NCBI GenBank assembly: GCA_965240325.2
Contig: OZ251249.1
Span: 372,001 to 436,000, forward strand
Length of the DNA stretch: 64,000 bases
Source: Rebecca billardiae RCC1528
Taxonomy: Eukaryota > Protista > Haptophyta
Reading direction: 5' to 3'
Shown: in pieces, positions 1 through 22,646 of the stretch
Layout: each line of letters begins with the position of its first letter
Numbering within the stretch: the stretch's first letter is position 1
Made by a program: the position numbers and the translations under genes
Notes under the pieces: model-generated
Told to the model about the DNA's origin: nothing
The model's database searches: none
Seen by the model: only the letters and a program-made list of their open reading frames with translations

Positions 1-796
1 CGTCGTCAGCGCCACCGTGGAGGCCGCCACGGCTCGTCTTGATCTTGCGCGCAGCAGCCGCCGACCGTGCCCCCGCTGAGGCGCCGACCGTCGTCTGTTC
101 CTTGGCCTTCGTGGTGCGGAGGAGCTTGCCGATGCCTCCCCCGATGACGTCCGCCAGCCGCCGCCTGCTTGCTCCACGGCAGGTGCAGTCAACACCTGGC
201 ATGAGGAGACTGGATGTTGATGCGGACGTCGGCACTGGCGGCCCCGGAGACGGCGACGCAGGCGGCGGGGCTGGCGAGGGCGGCGGGGCTGGCGAGGGCG
301 GCGGCGCAAGCGTTGGCTGGGCCGGTGGCGGGGACGGCGGCGGCGAGGGCGGGCAGGCTGGAACGAATGCGTCGAACTCGACCGGCTCGCCTGTGCCGGC
401 GACGGCTCCACTAGCCACACTTGAGCCGGTGGTGACGACGTAGACGGAATAGCCGTCAGATGCGATGCCGTCGGCCCCGCTGTCGGCGATGTTCCAGATG
501 TATGTCCCTGCAGCTGTGGTCACCGTCCAGGTCACGGTTCCAGATAGGCCGCTCAGATCACTCTCGGACGCCACCGCAATCCCCAAGGTACTTCCAGCTC
601 CGTTGCTTGGAGTCAGTGTCCACGTGTTCTCTGCGCCACTTTGAGCGTCAAGCGCGAGCGTGAGATTGATGGCGACCGTGTAATCGCATACTGCGCCGAG
701 GACCGGAGAGAGAAGCAAGAAGGGGAGCCCGCGAGCCAGGAAGCGCGTTGCCGCGTTCGGGGCAGCCACACGACGACCACGCCGGACGACCTGCAT
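1..796 (-). CDS. Secreted/cell-surface protein with Ser/Pro-rich linker and RRRL motif (3' end outside window; absent from ORF track)
   Basis: Hand translation from ATG 796: MQVVRRGGRRVAAPNAATRFLARGLPFLLLSPVLGA (signal-like), then a beta-rich segment (VCDYTVAINLTLALD...GTYIWNIADSGADG), CPPSPPPSPPPAQP...PPPSPAPPPSPAPPP and ASRRRLAD. The frame is open to position 1. Confidence 0.65.
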   Translation of the reverse strand, partial: MQVVRRGRRVAAPNAATRFLARGLPFLLLSPVLGAVCDYTVAINLTLALDAQSGAENTWTLTPSNGAGSTLGIAVASESDLSGLSGTVTWTVTTAAGTYIWNIADSGADGIASDGYSVYVVTTGSSVASGAVAGTGEPVEFDAFVPACPPSPPPSPPPAQPTLAPPPSPAPPPSPAPPPASPSPGPPVPTSASTSSLLMPGVDCTCRGASRRRLADVIGGGIGKLLRTTKAKEQTTVGASAGARSAAAARKIKTSRGGLHGGADD

Positions 797-919
797 TCCA
801 CGCAGCGGCGGGAGCGGGGCAGCACGCGGAGTCGACACTCGACCAACCACCAACCTCGCGGCGACGACGAGCTGACGACGACTGTGCTCGACGCCGATAA
901 CCGCCGTGATTCGAATATA

Positions 920-1709
920 GGGACCCACAAATTTAGTTGCCGGCTGCAGCAGGCACGACTTTGTCTCAGCCCGCACGCCCGCTACGCGCCGACCCGGGCA
1001 GAGCCCATCCGCCCGCGCATGCACCAGGCCCAGCCGCGTCAGTACATACCCACCCGGCCGCGGCACCCGCGCTCTGTGCGCCACGGTGTCGATGCGCCCG
1101 GCAGTCGGTGCGCATGCACGAGCCAGCCGGCGGGCAGCTACGGGCTGGTTTTCGGCGTGGAGCGCGGTCGTGTGAGCTGCATTAATTCAGCTGACCCCCG
1201 GCTTTTGTGCATTCGGGAGTCGTGCTGCTACGGTGGGCGTGCCACGCGCCAACTCGACGCTGGCAAAATTAGGCGACGAAAGTGCACGCGCAGCCACACG
1301 CAGCCCATATTGATGCTCTCGGAGCAGGCTCGGGCATGCACTCGATCGGCTCTGGCTGACGGCAGCGCCAAGCTGGCGGCGCGGCGCGAGGGTGCATGCG
1401 TGGCGTGGGCGGAGCTACGTCGCACACGCACCGCGCGGCGCGCGGCTCAGCGCACGGAGGCTGCCGACAGCCGGCGGCACGCAGGCAGGTCTGCTCGCCG
1501 CCAGTCGAGCTCGCCGGCCGCCGGGTACCAAACGTCAACCCAGGATGCACAGCCACGCCTATTTGTGAGGACTCGAGCAATCGGGTCCGGGCGCACCTCA
1601 TGTGCACGGCAGTGGAGTGGGCCAAGTACGCCCCTGGTATGGTGGCGCGCCGCTGCTTTGCTGCGCTGATATGGCGAACAATGTCGGGAGGCTTAAACTT
1701 GTGAGGGAC
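920..1709. repeat. Left 790-bp terminal direct repeat (MITE-like module with its own imperfect TIRs, TA on both sides)
   Basis: Reads the same as 6127-6916 (offset 5207; paired shadow ORFs translate identically). Starts TA|GGGACCCACAAATTTA and ends TAAACTTGTGAGGGAC|TA. Confidence 0.95.
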
Positions 1710-1717
1710 TAAGTGAG

Positions 1718-4229
1718 CAGCCTCGGCTGAGGCCGTGAGCTGCCGTAGGCTGATCTGACCCGACAAAAGTCGGCGCGCGAGCGCGCGCGCGCGCGGCGCG
1801 GCACCGCCCCGCTGGCACGTGGGCTCGGTGTGCCTGGGCCGCGCCGAGTGCCCCGCACCCCGATCTCGCCCAGCTAGCTCGTCCTCGCCGCGCTCTGAGG
1901 CCCCCGTAGCAGTCGTAGCTGCTCGCCGCCGCCGCAGATCGTGAAGACCAGCTGCTGTCAGCTGCTCGCTCTGAGCCGGGACATGGGGCCGCGTGGAGGA
2001 GACGCCGTGCGGCCGGGCGCGCGCGTGCGCGTCGAGCGGCATCCGGGCGCACTGCTCACGTGTCGGCGCGCCCGCCCGGCGCGCGCATCATCGCTCAGTC
2101 GCGCCGCTCTGCTGAGCTAGCCGCCGCTGGTCGCAGCCGTCGGCTGAGGCCGTGAGCTGCCGTAGGCTGATCTGACCCGACAAAAGTCGGCGCGAGCGCG
2201 CGCGCGCGCGCGGCGCCGCGCCGCCCCGCTGGCACGTGGGCTCGGTGTGCCCGGGCCACGCAGAGCACCCCGCACCCGGATCTCGCCCAGCTAGCTCGTC
2301 CTCGCCGCGCTCTGAGGCCCCCGTAGCAGTCGTAGCTGCTCGCCGCCGCCGCAGATCGTGAAGACCAGCTGCTGTCAGCTGCTCGCTCTGAGCCGGGACA
2401 TGGGGCCGCGTGGAGGAGGCGCCGTGCGGCCGGGCGCGCGCGTGCGCGTCGAGCGGCCCCTGGGCGCACTGCTCACGCGTCGGCGCGCCCGCCCGGCGCG
2501 CGCATCATCGCTCAGTCGCGCCGCTCTGCTGAGCTAGCCGCCGCTGGTCGCAGCCGTCGGCTGAGGCCGTGAGCTGCCGTAGGCTGATCTGACCCGACAA
2601 AAGTCGGCGCGAGCGCGCGCGCGCGCGCGGCGCCGCGCCGCCCCGCTGGCACGTGGGCTCGGTGTGCCCGGGCCAGGCAGAGCACCCCGCACCCGGATCT
2701 CGCCCAGCTAGCTCGTCCTCGCCGCGCTCTGAGGCCCCCGTAGCAGTCGTAGCTGCTCGCCGCCGCCGCAGATCGTGAAGACCAGCTGCTGTCAGCTGCT
2801 CGCTCTGAGCCGGGACATGGGGCCGCGTGGAGGAGGCGCCGTGCGGCCGGGCGCGCGCGTGCGCGTCGAGCGGCCCCTGGGCGCACTGCTCACGCGTCGG
2901 CGCGCCCGCCCGGCGCGCGCATCATCGCTCAGTCGCGCCGCTCTGCTGAGCTAGCCGCCGCTGGTCGCAGCCGTCGGCTGAGGCCGTGAGCTGCCGTCAG
3001 CTGATCTGACCCGACAAAAGTCGGCGCGCGAGCGCGCGCGCGCGGCGCGCCGCGCCACCTCGCTGGCACGTGGGCTCGGTGCGCCTGGGCCGCGCCGAGC
3101 ACCCCGCACCCGGATCTCGCCCAGCTAGCTCGTCCTCGCCGCGCTCTGAGGCCCCCGTAGCAGTCGTAGCTGCTCGCCGCCGCCGCAGATCGTGAAGACC
3201 AGCTGCTGTCAGCTGCTCGCTCTGAGCCGGGACATGGGGCCGCGTGGAGGAGGCGCCGTGCGGCCGGGCGCGCGCGTGCGCGTCGAGCGGCCCCTGGGCG
3301 CACTGCTCACGCGTCGGCGCGCCCGCCCGGCGCGCGCATCATCGCTCAGTCGCGCCGCTCTGCTGAGCTAGCCGCCGCTGGTCGCAGCCGTCGGCTGAGG
3401 CCGTGAGCTGCCGTCAGCTGATCTGACCCGACAAAAGTCGGCGCGCGAGCGCGCGCGCGCGGCGCGCCGCGCCACCTCGCTGGCACGTGGGCTCGGTGCG
3501 CCTGGGCCGCGCAGAGCACCCCGCACCCGGATCTCGCCCAGCTAGCTCGTCCTCGCCGCGCTCTGAGGCCCCCGTAGCAGTCGTAGCTGCTCGCCGCCGC
3601 CGCAGATCGTGAAGACCAGCTGCTGTCAGCTGCTCGCTCTGAGCCGGGACATGGGGCCGCGTGGAGGAGACGCCGTGCGGCCGGGCGCGCGCGTGCGCGT
3701 CGAGCGGCATCCGGGCGCACTGCTCACGTGTCGGCGCGCCCGCCCGGCGCGCGCATCATCGCTCAGTCGCGCCGCTCTGCTGAGCTAGCCGCCGCTGGTC
3801 GCAGCCGTCGGCTGAGGCCGTGAGCTGCCGTAAGAGCTGATCTGACCCGACAAAAGTCGGCGCGCGAGCGCGCGCGCGCGGCGCGCCGCGCCACCTCGCT
3901 GGCACGTGGGCTCGGTGCGCCTGGGCCGCGCCGAGCGTCCCGCACCCCGATCGCGCCCAGCCCGCGCGTCCTCGCCGCGCTCTGAGGCCCCCGTAGCAGT
4001 CGTAGCTGCTCGCCGCCGCCGCAGATCGTGAAGACCAGTTGCTGTCAGCTGCTCGCTCTGAGCCGGGACATGGGGCCGCGTGGAGGAGGCGCCGTGCGGC
4101 CGGGCGCGCGCGCGCGCGTCGAGCGGCCCCGGGGCGCACTGCTCACGCGTCGGCGTGCCCGCCCGGCGCGCACATCATCGCTCAGTCGCGCCGCTCTGCT
4201 GAGCTAGCCGCCGCTCGTCGCAGCCGTCG
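1718..4229. repeat. Tandem array of six ~417-bp units inside the transposon
   Basis: Landmarks recur at a 417-bp period (shadow ORF starts 2052, 2469, 2886, 3303, 3720, 4139). Units differ by only a few substitutions and small indels. No unique spacers. Confidence 0.95.
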
Positions 4230-4347
4230 TGAGACGTGACGTTAGACGTAGAGTAAGCTATAGCCTATAGGCTGATATGATATGACTCGAGATCTACTAT
4301 ACTGAGCAGCTAATAAACTATATACCATCATTGTCCGACACTGCTCT

Positions 4348-5649
4348 TCAGCGCACGCGCTGCTCACCCTTGGTCTCGACGCAGTCCTGCAGCCGACGCC
4401 GATAGGATTTGAACAGCGCCTGGATGAACTTCTTGTCGTTCCGTACCTCCTCGAACTTAGCCTTCACCACCTCCTCGAACTCCTTGAAGGTTGGCCGCTG
4501 CTTGCTCGGGTTGTCGGTGCACCACTTGTGCTTCCATGCGTTGAGAAGCTGCTCCACGCGCGCCCAGACATGCTCAATGAGCGACAAGTCGGCGCTGTTC
4601 GGCGGCCAGCTACGGCCCGGCTGACCCTCGGTGGACTTGGGGCCAAGGTGTCCCTCGGGGCCAAACCGCTCGTCGAGCCATTGGCGCACAGCCAGCGCCG
4701 TGTGGGGTGAGGCACTGTCCTGCTGGAAGATCATCTGTCTGATGAAGTCGCCGAAGAGCGCCTGGGCCTCCTTGTCCAGGAAAGGCAGCACGTCGTTCAG
4801 GTACTCCTTCCAGCACACGCCACGGCACTGCTTGCCGCGACCATTCTCATGCGTGCGGCCGTGAGTGCCCGTGGCAAAATAGAGCGGCGTGATGCCGCGA
4901 GAGCAGGCGCCGGCGTAGCCATGGATCACGCAGTCACCTGCCTGGACCTGGTTCAGCTTGCGCTTGGGCTCGTCACGCAGCGTCCACGACATCACCGTGC
5001 TCCGGTTCGTGACGTCGAACTTGAAGTACTTCGAGTCGGTGAAGAACAGCCTGTCAACCATCGCCTTGACTCTCTGCAGCCACCGTGCGAACGCCACCCG
5101 CTTCTTCGCCTGCTGAGCCGTGATCTGCTTCCTCACCTTGAGCGGCTCCCAATCCATCTTCTTCCGCGCCGCGCGGCGTAGCGTCTCGTCGGAGACGTCG
5201 AGCGCGGACGCATCGAGCGATCCAGCACCGACGGCGCGGCACGCAGCCTTCCGCACACTCTGACCAGCCGGCCCGGCGCTGAGCTCGGACGTAAGCGCCG
5301 CCTGCGCCTCGGCACTGAGGCGTGGGCGTGGACCGCGCTTCGGCTTCCCGTCAGCATCAATGTGCCAGCCCTCCGTGTGCCAGTCCATGAACCACTTCTT
5401 CATCGTCTTCTCGGTGACCTCGGCCGACCGCGCCGCCCTCTGGAAAGCTGAGGCCAACGGAGAGCCTTCATTGAGGCACAGCACGCACGCGCCGATCGCA
5501 TGGTGAAACCTCTCCTCAGGGCCCAGGGCCTTCGGGTTGTAATCCAGAGCAATACACTCCCGCGATACCCGCCTGTTCGGAGCGTAGCCGACGCGGTGGG
5601 CGCCTTTGCGCCCGCGCCGATCTTTGGGCGCGGTCGGCGCGCGGCCCAT
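4348..5649 (-). CDS. IS630/Tc1/mariner-superfamily DDE transposase, 433 aa, intronless
   Basis: HTH (AARSAEVTEKTMKKW), GPRPRL linker, second HTH (VSDETLRRAARKK). Catalytic motifs LFFTDSKYF, IFQQDSASPH and WPPNSADLSLIEHVW match Tc1 FxDE / QQDNAPxH / WPxxSPDLNPIExxW. Confidence 0.93.
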   Translation of the reverse strand: MGRAPTAPKDRRGRKGAHRVGYAPNRRVSRECIALDYNPKALGPEERFHHAIGACVLCLNEGSPLASAFQRAARSAEVTEKTMKKWFMDWHTEGWHIDADGKPKRGPRPRLSAEAQAALTSELSAGPAGQSVRKAACRAVGAGSLDASALDVSDETLRRAARKKMDWEPLKVRKQITAQQAKKRVAFARWLQRVKAMVDRLFFTDSKYFKFDVTNRSTVMSWTLRDEPKRKLNQVQAGDCVIHGYAGACSRGITPLYFATGTHGRTHENGRGKQCRGVCWKEYLNDVLPFLDKEAQALFGDFIRQMIFQQDSASPHTALAVRQWLDERFGPEGHLGPKSTEGQPGRSWPPNSADLSLIEHVWARVEQLLNAWKHKWCTDNPSKQRPTFKEFEEVVKAKFEEVRNDKKFIQALFKSYRRRLQDCVETKGEQRVR

Positions 5650-6126
5650 CAGCCGCCGCCGGCTGCTTGGCCACCAAAGATGACTGCACGTTACGTCCCG
5701 AGCCGCCCAAAGTTGATCTTACAGCTGACGAAGCGGTGTGGCCTCTATTCGAACTCGTTCCGTCCATGGCGAGCGCCCCAGCGACGCAGCCGCCGCGTGC
5801 GCTGGGGCCGCACGCCCTCGCGGATGTGCGCTGGGCACGAGCTCGGCGCCACGGGTTGAGCTCGTCGAGCTATGACAAGCGGCGTGGCGCAAGTCCAACC
5901 CAGTGGAGGCCCCAACTGCCGGCCCCGCCGCCGCGCGGGAGCGTCCGATTAACCTCAGCTGCTCTGCGCAAGATGTGGGCTCCTGTGCCCCACCAACTCG
6001 CCGGAGGCGGACGACGCGCTGGGATCGCTGCACGGCGGGAATATCCCCGACCCATGTGGACCGACGCCGGCCTCGCTCGCCGTCGCCCTCGCCCTCGTTC
6101 CGACTTTTCTACTACCTGCTCACTTA

Positions 6127-6916
6127 GGGACCCACAAATTTAGTTGCCGGCTGCAGCAGGCACGACTTTGTCTCAGCCCGCACGCCCGCTACGCGCCGAC
6201 CCGGGCAGAGCCCATCCGCCCGCGCATGCACCAGGCCCAGCCGCGTCAGTACATACCCACCCGGCCGCGGCACCCGCGCTCTGTGCGCCACGGTGTCGAT
6301 GCGCCCGGCAGTCGGTGCGCATGCACGAGCCAGCCGGCGGGCAGCTACGGGCTGGTTTTCGGCGTGGAGCGCGGTCGTGTGAGCTGCATTAATTCAGCTG
6401 ACCCCCGGCTTTTGTGCATTCGGGAGTCGTGCTGCTACGGTGGGCGTGCCACGCGCCAACTCGACGCTGGCAAAATTAGGCGACGAAAGTGCACGCGCAG
6501 CCACACGCAGCCCATATTGATGCTCTCGGAGCAGGCTCGGGCATGCACTCGATCGGCTCTGGCTGACGGCAGCGCCAAGCTGGCGGCGCGGCGCGAGGGT
6601 GCATGCGTGGCGTGGGCGGAGCTACGTCGCACACGCACCGCGCGGCGCGCGGCTCAGCGCACGGAGGCTGCCGACAGCCGGCGGCACGCAGGCAGGTCTG
6701 CTCGCCGCCAGTCGAGCTCGCCGGCCGCCGGGTACCAAACGTCAACCCAGGATGCACAGCCACGCCTATTTGTGAGGACTCGAGCAATCGGGTCCGGGCG
6801 CACCTCATGTGCACGGCAGTGGAGTGGGCCAAGTACGCCCCTGGTATGGTGGCGCGCCGCTGCTTTGCTGCGCTGATATGGCGAACAATGTCGGGAGGCT
6901 TAAACTTGTGAGGGAC
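6127..6916. repeat. Right 790-bp terminal direct repeat
   Basis: Second copy of 920-1709. Preceded by CTGCTCACT-TA and followed by TATA. Confidence 0.95.
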
Positions 6917-8732
6917 TATAGGCGCCCAGGTCCGGAACGAAACGCCTGTAGCGCTACTACCGTAGTGTATTTATTCCCTGAACTTGAACCATCATAGGCC
7001 ATCATGGGGGTATTACAAAACTCTAATCACACGCCTGTCAACCAAGTGTGCAAGTTAAATAATAGATGAATGAGTGACTTGCTTGCAAGCGCGCGGGAGC
7101 AAGGGCCGTACCTTGGCGGCAGGTTGAAGACGAAGACTAGTTGGAGCAAAGGAATAAGGAATAAACTGTGCCCTGGCGGGCGCCGGGGGGGTCGGCGGGC
7201 CGTGCCAGTGCTGTCGCAATGTATCCTTTGCGGGTTCGCGTCTTTCCACATTCGCTCGTGGCCGTGGGTGACGGACAGTCGAGTGCAAGGACCAGTGACA
7301 CGTGAAGTTGGCTCCCCGACGTGATGTACACACGTTTTACTCGGTCTGTCGCGGGCTCTTAGAGTATTGTATGCGCATCAGCGAGGCCCACACCCACGAG
7401 GGAATGTGCAGCACGCGGGGCGGGGCGGGTAGCCCGTTGCTCCGCGCGAGCGCGGGTACGCGCTGTATGTGCCGCATGTCGACCGCGATGGCGTAATCGA
7501 GCGCCTCGCCGCCGACGAAGCCGCCAGAGTAGATCATGTGCATGTCCTCCTGCCGCCAGCCGAGCCCGAGAGCGGTCGTCGCGAGGATGCTTGCCGGTGT
7601 CCGCTCCAGGCATGATGGGCTCGGCGCAGGTCGCGTTGACGTCGTACACGGCCGCCACGCTGAGCACGAGCGCGTTGACGTTCACGCGGTCGTCGCTCTT
7701 CGCATCTTCGACAGGTCTGGCGCTCGCGTGCTCGGCGGCACGAGGAGCTGTTGGTTGTGCGCGCGCGCGCGCACAGCGACAGCGTGTGCCACTCGCGATC
7801 GAGAGTGGGCAAGCGCTGCTCACGCGAGCACACGAATCGCAGCGCATCCGTCACCGGCGTGACGACTTCCGCCTCGTCCCGCAGCGCCTGCGCCATGGAC
7901 GAGGCCATGGCGCGGCGATGTTGCATGCTCGACGTTTCATCTCTCTGCGGATGGCATCACGGGCTTTTCTGTGTCGCGCTGCGGCGAGGGTCGCCAACTC
8001 GCGATGACGCGGTTGCTGCCACGGCGACAGACCCGGGAGGTGCGTCCGCTGCGCGTCGTACGCCGTTGGCGCTGCGCTTCCGTCGCATTGGTCACCGTCG
8101 ACGCCATGCAGGCCGGACGTGGGCTTCGGCTGAGGGACCGGACCGCGAGCAATGACTGAGTCCGGTGCGCGGATTCCGGCGATCGAGTTCAGAAGGCCGC
8201 GCCAAATCTTGCGTCGCGTGCGATGGCGCTTCCCGCCCGCGAGACGCCTCGTGATGAGGGCTTTCTCGCACCGAGCCCGACGCGCGACGGTGGATCGCGC
8301 GAGGCGGTCATCGTGCGCAGCGCATGATGCTATGGCCGGTGCGAGCTTTCGACGTGCACGTCGGGCGAGGATCGCCCCAGGTCTCACGATCGTGTCGACG
8401 CGCCGAGCGTACCGCTCCAAACGCGTCGATTTAGCCCCCGTTCGACCTGCACGCGAGACGACGAGGGCAGCAATCGCGAATCGGGCGAAAACTCGTCTAG
8501 GGAATCCTCGCGCGATGTCCGCGCCGGCGTTGGATTTGGCGCGCGCGGCCCACGCGCTCCGCGCCATCCGCTAACTCTTTTTCGGCCGAGCGTCCCCAGT
8601 GGGAGCTGCGAGGGCGCCCGGTAGTGAGCGAAGCGATTTTCTTTTCTTGGCGAGGCGATTTTCTTTTTTCTTTTTCTTTTTCTTATCTTTTTCCCGGGCA
8701 CTACAAGGGGCGGACCTACGGCCCGCCATATA

Positions 8733-9540
8733 CAGGGGTCTCAACAATTAGCTGTATCTCTGTTTGTGCCGCTGGACAGGCATGTGAGCACTTGATTGCC
8801 TGGCTAGATGTGGTCTAGCACAGCCCACTCCCTGGCCATTCTGACGAGTGGGTGGCTGCTTGGCCAGCTCTCCATGCTGGGCTGTGGTGCCATCCAGAGT
8901 GCGCATGTGCAGCAGCCCAGGTGGGTGCAGCGAGGGGTGCGGCAGGCAGCAGTGGGTGGTCAGCTTGAAAATCCATGCAGGCCAGCCACCAGCAGCTAGG
9001 CTGCAAGTGCAGAGCTCTTGGCTGCACCAGCCCCACTCCAGCCCCCTCAAGTCGGGTGGCTGGCCACCCTCTGGGTGTGTCAGCGGGTGCTGCTGCTGGC
9101 CTCCCAGTGCAGGGGAGCTGACCCGACAGGTCCTTGCGCAGGTGGGGGTGCGGGATTGGGCACTGTGCCACTGCAGCTGCATCCCATGAGCTCCCCCCCA
9201 TGTGGCATGCAGCCCTCCCTAGGGGGCAGTACCAGATCCACTGCCAAGCACAATTTAGGATGACCTGGTCTGTGTGGGCACACTGCCCGCGACCAGTCGG
9301 ACGACAAGCCTGCGGCAGGACTTCTGGCCAGCTGCGACAGGCTGTACCGGCCTAATTATGCAGCCGTGTGACCTGCTGGTGTGCCCAACTCCAGCCCACG
9401 CGCGCTGGGGCTGACGCGCTGCGGGTCGAAACCGTCGTGCACGGGCCGTGGGGGCCGCCTGGATCAGCCCAGGGGAGCAGGGTGAGCAGTGGCGTGCAGC
9501 TCAGTCAGAATGATGTGACGTTTAATTGTTGAGACCCCTG
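8733..9540. mobile_element. Non-autonomous Tc1/mariner-type MITE (808 bp)
   Basis: Perfect 18-bp TIR CAGGGGTCTCAACAATTA (8733-8750 / 9523-9540). TA target duplication at 8731-8732 and 9541-9542. No credible ORF. Confidence 0.92.
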
Positions 9541-9832
9541 TATGGTCCTTTGGTTGGAGTTCGTTCGGTGCCGCTGGCACTCCCGCGCCAGGCGGTCGCA
9601 TAGCGGGCCAGTAGGGCGGCTCACGAGTTCGTATAGCAGTCATCAGCATCATCAGCATAGGTAGCAGACTGATCAGTATGCCCGGGTGACGAGCTTGCCA
9701 GTACTCAGTACAGACGGTAGACGGTAGTACGTACCGGGCGCTGCGCAGTGCCGCTGCCAGTGCGCAGCCGCCGTCCGCCGGCCGCGTCCGCCGCGCCCGA
9801 TTCGGGCGATTGTCAGCTTCTGCTGCGGACCC

Positions 9833-22036
<12,204 letters not shown>

Positions 22037-22646
22037 GGTGCGTGCGGGGGAGTTGGCACGGCCTTTGCGAGGGGGGCGGCCAGACCCGTTGCCGCTCGGC
22101 GTCGGGATCTCACGGAGCCACGGGCCGAAACTGCTTATGGGCGGTGATGAGCAAGTCATCAAGCGAGCCTGACACCGTACTGGACTGTACATGAAGGACA
22201 TAACAGCAAGGTCCTATCTGGAGCGCGGGAGGGCGCACGTCATCCGACGCGCGCGGGTCATCGGGTAAGCTCGTCTTGCACATTTCCGCCGCTTCTGGCT
22301 GGGACCGTTGAGACTACTTCCGGGTATTGGTCCATCGGCAATCTTGTCGCTGATTTGGTAACGAGATACGGCGCGGGCAGCGCGAGATTGTATGCCTTTG
22401 ATGAATACTCACCTGTGCTGGTAATACCCACTCTCGCCAAGCAGCTCGATGACCATTGTACAATAACGTCAATCGAATCGTCAACACAGTTTCCTGTCGA
22501 CGATGCTTTGTACAGTGTTGGTTGGCGGCAGTCTCAGTTTTCTCACAGCCACGTGGCCGTGGGCACTGGGCAGTCCGCAGTGGGGCGAGGACGATGGGCG
22601 CTGGCGCGCCGCGAGGCGGCCGCTGCCCTCGTCCAGGCCTCGCAGG

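Larger units (their letters stand above)
920..6916 (-). mobile_element. Composite IS630/Tc1-mariner element: 790-bp direct repeat + 6x417-bp array + transposase + 790-bp direct repeat
   Basis: TATA flanks both sides (916-919 and 6917-6920). Outer ends are imperfect inverted repeats (GGGACCCACAAATTTA / TAAACTTGTGAGGGAC). Contains an intact DDE transposase ORF at 4348-5649. Confidence 0.85.

Noticed and set aside
1693-4139. Six repeated ~124-aa minus-strand ORFs in the 417-bp array
   Set aside because: They have GTG starts and Arg/Ala-rich shadow composition, and simply mirror the DNA repeat. No domain is evident.
1718-4229. CRISPR-like or guide array next to a nuclease
   Set aside because: Units are 417 bp with no unique spacers, and there is no Cas, TnpB/Fanzor or RT ORF in the element.
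920-6916. LTR retrotransposon or DIRS element
   Set aside because: The direct repeats lack TG...CA ends, I saw no PBS or PPT, and the only ORF is a Tc1-type DDE transposase. The flanks are TA.
7337-7926. Possible decayed minus-strand gene (fragments VNALVLSVAAVYDVNATC and MIYSGGFVGGEALDYAIAVD)
   Set aside because: The fragments lie in different frames and I cannot assign a family.
8699-8710. CACTACAAG resembling a CACTA transposon terminus
   Set aside because: No matching inverted terminus or 3-bp TSD found in the window.
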